Source: a virus | Strand: one strand, 5' to 3' | IMG/VR virus record: IMGVR_UViG_3300042568_000467 | Span: 1 to 64,000 of that record | Length of the DNA stretch: 64,000 nucleotides | In this document: one piece after another, positions 57,136 to 64,000 of the stretch | Position numbering within the stretch: the first letter of the stretch is position 1 | Layout of the letters: each line of letters starts with the position of its first letter | The notes under the pieces: model-generated | Seen by the model: only the letters and a program-made list of their open reading frames with translations | Databases searched by the model: none | What the model was told of the DNA's origin: nothing | Position numbers and translations under genes: made by a program

Positions 57136-57800
57136 TTACTCCTTGGTGTATCCTAGTCCTTCTCCAATTCCGAATCCAGCCTGAGCTGCAAATCTTCCTT
57201 GTAGTGAAACGACATCATTGGGATTAGCATGTATTCCTGCTGCTCTCAATTCTATCTCTTCGAAACTAGAACCTTCTTCGTTTTCTTCTTCGTACTCACC
57301 TAAATCTACTCCCTTTAAAGATGCTAGAAACTTTCTTTCTCCGTGTTCCTTTTTCTTTAAAGCTTTAAGGGTAGCTATAAGTTCTGGCATTGATAAATTT
57401 TCTTCAAGTTCATCGTAATTTCTCCAATGTCCTAAAAGAAAAAGTTCTCCTTCTAAAGCGGCTAAGTCTAGTTCTGACCAGCCAGAACCGCTGCCGCTAG
57501 TAGGTTTGGGTCGTCAAGTTTAATTCCTCCGCAAACTTCTAGAATGCGGTTCATTGTTGGAACATCGATTGCATCTTCAAATGCTTCTCTGTCTGCTACC
57601 AAGTCTGGTAGTTGTTTTTCTAGTGCAATTGCACAAGCGTCAATTAAGATATTTAATGTTTCATCTTCTGTTTGGGAATCCCCAGTCTTTTTAATTGCAA
57701 TCATGAACTTACGAAGTTCTTTAATAGAGAGTGGTTTTAGCTTTACGGTCTGTCCGTTTTGTAGCTGTACTTCTTCTACGTCATATACTGTTGTGGCCAA
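57136..57800 (-). CDS. tail assembly chaperone G-T fusion via -1 frameshift
   Basis: Slippery C-CCA-AAC at 57504-57510; the -1 frame is open from there to TAA at 57136. Confidence 0.8.
57468..57800 (-). CDS. tail assembly chaperone (gpG-like)
   Basis: Between major tail protein and TMP; GGAGG RBS. Confidence 0.85.
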   Translation of the reverse strand: MATTVYDVEEVQLQNGQTVKLKPLSIKELRKFMIAIKKTGDSQTEDETLNILIDACAIALEKQLPDLVADREAFEDAIDVPTMNRILEVCGGIKLDDPNLLAAAVLAGQN

Positions 57801-57864
57801 TTTAATCCTCCTAGGATCTAGTCTTAATTATTATAACATATAGGCATTATCTATACAAATGGAA

Positions 57865-57886
57865 AACCCCCAGTTTCCTGGGGGTT
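57865..57886 (-). terminator. intrinsic terminator after the major tail gene
   Basis: AACCCCCAG-GAAA-CTGGGGGTT then TT. Confidence 0.8.
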
Positions 57887-57907
57887 CTCGCTAATAAATT
57901 AAATTTA

Positions 57908-58615
57908 TTATGCTACTAGTACACGGTCAATAATCTTGCCGTATTCTGAGCCAGCGTAGTTAGCATCTGGTAGAAGACGGAATGTTACTGGGAATGTAGT
58001 TGGAGTTGTACGTGCAAGAGAGAATTGTGACTGTTGTACAGACAAAACTCTACGTGCATAATATACACGCTCTGAAGCTGTTGAGCTTGCTGTTGGTGCT
58101 AGACCTACTGCAATCAATTGACGCTCTGTTGGAGCTGCTCCTAGAGAACCTGCCTCAAGACCGAGGACATCCTTCTTTGTTAGTCCAGTTCCTGTTGTTG
58201 AAAGAGTTGATGCACTCTGTCCGAATACTGCTGCGATATTCTCGAGAGTACCTTCTGACATTTCTGTTGCAATCATAACTTCCATCGCAGACTTGAACAG
58301 CTTAGCTGTATCAAGTAGCTGATCTACTGTTACTGAATCGTATGTTGGGTTATAAGTAATTTGAAGACCATTGTTAGTAAAACCAACGTTACGGTATCCA
58401 AACTTTCCTGCTTCTTGATCAACAGCATTTAGTGTTGATGTGTATGATACGCCTGATGCAAATGCTGGGACGCCTACTGTTCCTGCGCCTGATGCAACTG
58501 CTACGCCTGCTTCTGCGTTTGAGATGTAGTCTGAGTCGTTTACGTCAATTGTTGACAAGAACAACGGAGATGCACCAACGAGAATATTTTTAGCATTACC
58601 TACGGATTGTGCCAT
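57908..58615 (-). CDS. major tail protein
   Basis: NILVGA, VGFTNNG, V.VDQ, E.TLEN; strong RBS and own terminator. Confidence 0.85.
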   Translation of the reverse strand: MAQSVGNAKNILVGASPLFLSTIDVNDSDYISNAEAGVAVASGAGTVGVPAFASGVSYTSTLNAVDQEAGKFGYRNVGFTNNGLQITYNPTYDSVTVDQLLDTAKLFKSAMEVMIATEMSEGTLENIAAVFGQSASTLSTTGTGLTKKDVLGLEAGSLGAAPTERQLIAVGLAPTASSTASERVYYARRVLSVQQSQFSLARTTPTTFPVTFRLLPDANYAGSEYGKIIDRVLVA

Positions 58616-58733
58616 AGTTTTCTTACCTCCTATATTTTAATATATATATATATTTTAAAATCTTAAATTAAAGCTGGCTAGGCTTCTTTCCTCTTAGGAT
58701 AATTTTATTCCATAATAGGTAAAAAGGCAAACC

Positions 58734-59246
58734 CTAGAGGAATCTACCTACGGAATCTGTGATTCTAGAGTATTTAATCTCTAATATCACCTCTGCGGAG
58801 AAGAACCCCTGAAGCTCTTCTGAGGGGGCTGTTGGGGATATATCTGCCACCCATATGCTATGAAATTTAAATTTATTTGACAATTCAGTCCATCTGTTAA
58901 CATCTCTAGCAGACTCATCCATTCTTCTAAACTCATCAGTCATATAGTTTCTAATTTCATTTATGTCTGCCACAGACGTAGAATATAAAGTAAACATGAT
59001 CTGCTCACAGCAGATTAGCCAGTTGTCTTCATACGACATGCCAATCTTGTCGTAAACAATATGCTTCTTCCCACTTAAAAATTGATTCATTTCAGCAACT
59101 TGTTGAACTGGGATAATTGGAACAATGCTTTCATTTAAGTTGTCTGACCAATAGTCATCTTCATCAAATATATTACGGGTATATAGCTCTTTCCATAAAT
59201 ACTTGCGAAGCTCTAGCATGGCATCTAGCTTATAGTTAGCCGTCAC
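58734..59246 (-). CDS. tail terminator/completion protein (putative)
   Basis: Position upstream of the major tail gene. Confidence 0.55.
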   Translation of the reverse strand: MTANYKLDAMLELRKYLWKELYTRNIFDEDDYWSDNLNESIVPIIPVQQVAEMNQFLSGKKHIVYDKIGMSYEDNWLICCEQIMFTLYSTSVADINEIRNYMTDEFRRMDESARDVNRWTELSNKFKFHSIWVADISPTAPSEELQGFFSAEVILEIKYSRITDSVGRFL

Positions 59247-60025
59247 ATTGCACCTCCAAATGACGCAGCAAGCGCCTCGTCAGCCTGAGACCTGATAAGG
59301 TTTGGTGAAAATGAATATTGAACTTTCTTAATATTAGATGGAACTCTAAGTGCCTTAGTAAGACTTGAGCTAAATATTCTTTGAAATCCAGATTTTTTAA
59401 TTGATTCATTTACTAACCTTCCACTAAAAAATCTTGAATGCGCTAAAGTAAATTGGTTAGTAGCAGCAGATCCTCCAGGGCGCTTAACTGTTACAGATTG
59501 GCCCTTAGGCATAAAAACTGTTTCTCCATCAATTTCAAAAACTAATCGTTCTGAATTCTTAGGTCTAATAACTAATGGATTGCCAGCTTCCATTATAGAA
59601 GCTTTATTTTTAAACATATGCCTACGCTTTCCATTTGATGAAGGAACCATAGATTTTGATGGCAAGAAATCATAGTTTAATCTAAAAGACAATCCTTCTT
59701 CAGAAATTTTATTTACCTTAAAAAGTCTGCCTGTTTTGTCTCCAGACTTTTGCCATTCATAAACATGGTGTAAGCTCTTAGGCTTTGATCTAGCTAATGC
59801 ATCTATGTAGTTTCCAAAATCTTCAGAGACTTGATTAAAAATTGTATTTACAAATAAAGCTTTAAATTTAGCACTAGATGTTAACTTAGATATGACTGCT
59901 GCTTCATAGTATACAAATGCTGACACCTGAGCTACTGTGCTATCTTTTAAAGGTCCGCTTTGATTAGCATGCATCATTCTTTCAAGTCCGCTTGATGCTT
60001 GAACCAGTAATCCGCTATTGTCCAA
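59243..60025 (-). CDS. neck/tail completion protein (putative)
   Basis: Position; LHHVYEW and IRPK...L.F...V..PG motifs. Confidence 0.55.
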   Translation of the reverse strand: MDNSGLLVQASSGLERMMHANQSGPLKDSTVAQVSAFVYYEAAVISKLTSSAKFKALFVNTIFNQVSEDFGNYIDALARSKPKSLHHVYEWQKSGDKTGRLFKVNKISEEGLSFRLNYDFLPSKSMVPSSNGKRRHMFKNKASIMEAGNPLVIRPKNSERLVFEIDGETVFMPKGQSVTVKRPGGSAATNQFTLAHSRFFSGRLVNESIKKSGFQRIFSSSLTKALRVPSNIKKVQYSFSPNLIRSQADEALAASFGGAM

Positions 60026-60443
60026 TTTGCTGGTTCTCCGATCTCTTCATAGATGAGCTATATGCAATTACACGACCAAATGGGTCGGTGACTGGCGTTG
60101 TTCCCATAACTTCAAATACAGTTGGAGTTTCGTTTGGATAATTAATTTCATTCCAGATAGTGTTTCCATTAGAGTCCCTAATGTTTGTAACCTTTTCTCT
60201 AGATGTTAATTTTTCTGAAGTTCTAACTTGAATAACTTGATCGTTCAAATACTTATTTGAAAATATTTGCTTGTCACTAGAACGTGTAGTTGCAGAGTTG
60301 CTAATAACTCCTTTAGCGTGGCACGGTATTGTTTTGTAGTAATTCCATTCCCTAAGTATTGCTCCTGTATCAGGATCCTGAACCTCAAACTGTCTATATA
60401 CATCTAGGTTCATAGACAAAACAGAGTCTATAATTCCATTCAT
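60015..60443 (-). CDS. head closure/stopper protein (putative)
   Basis: Position; QDPDTGA...W N-terminus. Confidence 0.55.
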   Translation of the reverse strand: MNGIIDSVLSMNLDVYRQFEVQDPDTGAILREWNYYKTIPCHAKGVISNSATTRSSDKQIFSNKYLNDQVIQVRTSEKLTSREKVTNIRDSNGNTIWNEINYPNETPTVFEVMGTTPVTDPFGRVIAYSSSMKRSENQQIGQ

Positions 60444-61417
60444 CAGATAAGTATAACTTTAGAAACTACATAATCTGAGAGCAATTGATCTGCATAAAGA
60501 TTTCCAGTTCCTGAAGTTGATCCACTTCCGTATTCAAAATCCCAGTCAAATGTTGAAATTTTGGTAACATATTTGTTTCTCCACATGTTATCTTTGGAAA
60601 AATAATCTTTCATTAATTCCATTGCTGCAAGGTCTACTTCGTCTGGGACTGCTTGCCAGCCAAATTTTCCAAACACTGTGTATCTTACACCTCTTCTAAA
60701 AATTCCAGAGGAATCATTAATGCTTGGAGGAACCATGCCATTTGCAGTATAAACTGTATTGTCTAGCATGTTTGCTCTATTAATACGAAGAGCAAATCCA
60801 CTTTCGGTAACATCTACCTTATAGTTCCAATTGTCAATATTATTTAGATTATCTTCTAAAAGAATATCATTTGCATGTAGTCTATATAATGACTCTATCC
60901 TAGAAGGCAGCATCAGTGAGTCTGAGTCTGTTCCATAAACAGAACATACATCTGGATAATTATAAAATTTTTGACCTGTATAATTTTCTATTACTTTACG
61001 AGCATATCTTTCAGCTGAAACTATTTCTTCGTAAGATCTATAGTTTGGATCTGATGGGTCATTACCAATACGCAAATAATCATAAACTTGAGCATGATCA
61101 GCATATGGCTGAACAACAAAAAGTTTATGTTGTCTTGACTGGAAACTTCCTTGAATATTATAAGACCAGACTAATTTAAAATCTCTAGCTTTATATGTTG
61201 CATCTACTGGTAGGTTTAAGCTATATACCCCTATGTCAGTTTCTGATTTTTGAGTAGTTAAACCTGAATATAATGGAGTTAATGGATTTATGGTTGTTTC
61301 TGGATCATTGCTTACATCATAGACTGCAACTGTTGGATTAGAGTCTGCGTCTGTTGCTTCACCCCTCCAAAAAATTTTGTGTTTTACTGGGTTGGTAGAT
61401 CCTACATAAATTTCCAT
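60443..61417 (-). CDS. head-tail adaptor
   Basis: IENYTGQKF, GW..VPDEV..A...L, D.LL..Y. Confidence 0.7.
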   Translation of the reverse strand: MEIYVGSTNPVKHKIFWRGEATDADSNPTVAVYDVSNDPETTINPLTPLYSGLTTQKSETDIGVYSLNLPVDATYKARDFKLVWSYNIQGSFQSRQHKLFVVQPYADHAQVYDYLRIGNDPSDPNYRSYEEIVSAERYARKVIENYTGQKFYNYPDVCSVYGTDSDSLMLPSRIESLYRLHANDILLEDNLNNIDNWNYKVDVTESGFALRINRANMLDNTVYTANGMVPPSINDSSGIFRRGVRYTVFGKFGWQAVPDEVDLAAMELMKDYFSKDNMWRNKYVTKISTFDWDFEYGSGSTSGTGNLYADQLLSDYVVSKVILI

Positions 61418-61430
61418 GGCGTAGGTTTAG

Positions 61431-61826
61431 TTAGTTGTAATACTCCTGGACTTCTCTTGGAGTTGCTAATCTAAAACCCTCCTCCTTATCAAAAATTGCT
61501 TGCGCTGTTTCATTGTTCATTGCAATAAATGGGTGCTCTTTTGTGAACGTAAATCCCATAATATCATATCTAAAGTTATCTCTAGTCATTCTTACTAATA
61601 CTGTGTTTTCTGGCTGTTCCGCCTTTGGATCAAACTTTGGCAATACTTCTACTGACATATCTTCTTCTTCCATCTTGTCCATGGTCTTGTTATATACAGA
61701 CCAAGTAACGCCTTCTTCTGCAAGGGCTGCAATAATGTCGGCCTTGCTCTTTAGGCCATCTGTATCTACTGCAAAATCTTCTGCAATCTTCTTTATTTCA
61801 GATATCTTTAATGTCTCAAATGACAT
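61431..61826 (-). CDS. head-associated protein with HeH/Rho-N-like N-terminus
   Basis: LKISEIKKIA...KADIIAAL. Confidence 0.6.
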   Translation of the reverse strand: MSFETLKISEIKKIAEDFAVDTDGLKSKADIIAALAEEGVTWSVYNKTMDKMEEEDMSVEVLPKFDPKAEQPENTVLVRMTRDNFRYDIMGFTFTKEHPFIAMNNETAQAIFDKEEGFRLATPREVQEYYN

Positions 61827-61878
61827 GTAATTCTCCCATTTCTACTCTAAACAATTATAGCATTACTAAATTAAAATG

Positions 61879-61912
61879 AAAAGCCCCCCAAAAATTAATT
61901 TAGGGGGCTTTT
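61879..61912 (-). terminator. intrinsic terminator after the major capsid gene
   Basis: AAAAGCCCCC...GGGGGGCTTTT. Confidence 0.8.
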
Positions 61913-61933
61913 AGCAGATTTAAATCCTATTAA

Positions 61934-62983
61934 TTAGGAAGCAACCTTAACGTCTTTAACGACTACCCAAGCATCTGCCTGCTCGATTTGAACGCCAACA
62001 CGAGTATACATTGTGTACTCGATTGAGTCCTTACGTGGCTGGAAGAAGCGATATACAGTTACGTCACGCTTGATACCAATAACTACGTTATTTGGGAATG
62101 TCAAGTGGATGTCTCCGTGATCGCCAGTCTCGCCTGAATATGAACCATCTTGTGATTCCTTTAGCATAGGAACTTCAACGATTGGAATTCCGAATGCAAA
62201 TGGTGCTACATATCCTGCTGGACCACCAAGTCCTGGTGTTGTTCCACGGATAACGCCTGATGCGATATCTGATGGAATTGTTTGGTTTGTTCCAATGCTG
62301 TTAGCATATAGGAAATCTTGGATTAGGTTTGAACCTACCAAGAAGCGTAGATCACCACGACGTTGCTTGTACTTACGTGGAAGTGCCTTTAGAGCCTTGT
62401 TGAAAAGCTCACGAGATACTCCTGCGCCTGCACCAGCTACAACGTGACCGCTAGCCTTTGCCTTCTTTACAACGCCATCAAATGACTTGTATAGGTCATC
62501 GCTAGTCAAAGCTGTATTTCCGTTAAGGATTACATCTTCGATATCGTTACCTGCTTGTGTTGCCATCAAACGGGCAATGTGGTCTTCTAGATCTGGACCT
62601 TCAATGTTGTCTTCTAGAGACTCAGTTGAAAGCTCCCAATTTAGACGAAGCTTCTTAGTTGTGATAGAGATCTTTGAGAAAGTAACTGCTGCGTTTGAGC
62701 CAGTTGCATCTCCTTCAGTTGCGAGAGTCATAAGCTTCTCACCAACGGACATACGATCAATTTCTGCTGTATCGCTTCTCATTCTGACTGTACGGGCGAC
62801 CTTACCAATTACGGTTGCGTCGAACATATAATCTAGAAAGCGGGCTGATTGTTCTGCGTTTAGAAGTCCACCGTTGCCAGCTTCGCCAGCTACGTGTACT
62901 CCATTAGCGCCAGTAGTTGAGGCGAATGTCGCTGTTGCAGTTGTTCCTGCTGCGATTGCCTTTTCTAATGTTTCATTACTCAT
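61934..62983 (-). CDS. major capsid protein (HK97 fold)
   Basis: GGLLNAEQ, ELS.ESLEDNIEG, NDIED...NG, FGIPIV; follows the protease. Confidence 0.92.
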   Translation of the reverse strand: MSNETLEKAIAAGTTATATFASTTGANGVHVAGEAGNGGLLNAEQSARFLDYMFDATVIGKVARTVRMRSDTAEIDRMSVGEKLMTLATEGDATGSNAAVTFSKISITTKKLRLNWELSTESLEDNIEGPDLEDHIARLMATQAGNDIEDVILNGNTALTSDDLYKSFDGVVKKAKASGHVVAGAGAGVSRELFNKALKALPRKYKQRRGDLRFLVGSNLIQDFLYANSIGTNQTIPSDIASGVIRGTTPGLGGPAGYVAPFAFGIPIVEVPMLKESQDGSYSGETGDHGDIHLTFPNNVVIGIKRDVTVYRFFQPRKDSIEYTMYTRVGVQIEQADAWVVVKDVKVAS

Positions 62984-63000
62984 ATTATATTTCACCTACC

Positions 63001-63999
63001 TTATTTAATTAATTCTGTTACGGAACCGAGGAAAGAACCGTTCCACTTTGATTTTTTGATTGTTACTTCCTGTGACCCGCCAAGGTCAGAGGACTTCTTA
63101 ATTGCAGTCTCTGATTCTACTGCATCGACACGCTTTTGTACGCCATCAATCGTGTTCTTGATATCTTCTACAGCCTTTGAAAGTGCTGCATTTTGTTCTG
63201 CCAATTCTGAAATACGAACATCAGCGCTCTTGCTAAATGCTTCAACTGTTTCTTTAATAGTTGAAACTTGAGTAGCATTTGCTTCTGAAGCCTTATTTAG
63301 TGTTTCTGAGAAAAAGCCTTTAAGATCGCCAAGCATCTTTGCAAAATCAGGTTCATCAACCACAACTTCTGATACGTCGGCTGCTTTTTCTAGAGATTCG
63401 GCAGAAGCGTCTGCTACTGCATCTGCAGGAGCTTCTTCAACAGCTGGTGCTTCCTCTGCGGGAGCATCTACTGCTGTGTCTTCTACGATTGCTTCTGGTG
63501 CTACTGCATCTTCTGCAATTACGTTTTCTGTATTTTCTGACACTTCTTTACCTCCTTCTATGTCTGCCTGTTTTGCAATTTGTGTTTCAGGCGTCGACAA
63601 TCTTGACTTTTTGTGTAAATCAAGAATCTTATCTATTTCTTTTGCTTTGTTAACATCGTTTGACTCTACCCAACCAATTAATGTTGCAGGCTTACCTGTA
63701 ACTGGGGAATCATAAGATGACTCTTTTGATACAAACACTGAATCAGTATCTGCACAATAAAAAATATTTTCTGCTACAACTTCTGTTGCCATTCCTTTAA
63801 ATACTAGCTGACCATTCATTTTCTGAACAGACAAGATGTTGCATAGTTCATTTGCTGGAGAGTCAACTACTGACAATTCCATCAATGCATATTCTTTAAT
63901 AAATCTTACTGGCTTACCTGTAGACTTGTTAACTTCGTTTTCTGAATCTACAATCTTTCCGCCAATTGAAAATCCTGCTAATGTTCCATCTAGAATTTT
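63001..63999 (-). CDS. prohead protease fused to scaffold (partial, 5' end outside window)
   Basis: Frame open to the edge: GTLAGFSIGG...ELSVVDSPAN protease motifs, acidic linker, coiled coil. Confidence 0.88.
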   Translation of the reverse strand, partial: KILDGTLAGFSIGGKIVDSENEVNKSTGKPVRFIKEYALMELSVVDSPANELCNILSVQKMNGQLVFKGMATEVVAENIFYCADTDSVFVSKESSYDSPVTGKPATLIGWVESNDVNKAKEIDKILDLHKKSRLSTPETQIAKQADIEGGKEVSENTENVIAEDAVAPEAIVEDTAVDAPAEEAPAVEEAPADAVADASAESLEKAADVSEVVVDEPDFAKMLGDLKGFFSETLNKASEANATQVSTIKETVEAFSKSADVRISELAEQNAALSKAVEDIKNTIDGVQKRVDAVESETAIKKSSDLGGSQEVTIKKSKWNGSFLGSVTELIK

Positions 64000-64000
64000 T

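Noticed and set aside
903-63715. All plus-strand ORFs in the track (e.g. 4581-5099, 10314-10814, 42423-42998)
   Set aside because: Antisense shadows of well-supported minus-strand genes; no recognisable motifs
1-64000. Stop-codon recoding, tRNA genes, integrase
   Set aside because: TAA, TAG and TGA all end genes with tight packing; no cloverleaf or integrase motif found by eye (tRNAscan-SE not run)

Overview
A 64-kb segment of a low-GC tailed dsDNA phage (long tape measure and a tail-chaperone frameshift point to a siphovirus). Essentially all real genes are on the minus strand. A WhiB regulator, a DnaE-type polymerase, many leaderless genes and AT-rich composition suggest a freshwater actinobacterial host (acI/Nanopelagicales-like; inference). 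In transcription order (right to left): prohead protease/scaffold, major capsid, head-tail and tail genes, tape measure, tail-tip and fibre proteins; replication/recombination genes (metallophosphoesterase, DnaB, DnaG, SSB, DnaE, MazG-like, RecA, resolvases, Cas4-like nuclease); GT25/methyltransferase; terminase; Hsp20; a structured RNA leader plus thermonuclease; oxygenases; a PA14 surface protein; a CHAP lysis cassette; a WhiB operon; proteases, thioredoxin, a secreted Ala/Thr-rich protein, GroES and many micro-ORFs. The best novelty candidate is a ~130-nt promoter-driven structured RNA (17884-18015). It has a chain of mutually exclusive helices ending in an H-type pseudoknot that competes with a hairpin sequestering the nuclease Shine-Dalgarno, i.e. 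a riboswitch-like element. Other notable items: a ROSE-like thermometer on hsp20, a terminator just downstream of the replication-operon promoter, fused terminator/promoter junctions, motif-delimited inserts in the tape measure, a nested scaffold start and a repeated start-associated motif. All calls come from reading motifs by eye; no database searches or folding programs were run.
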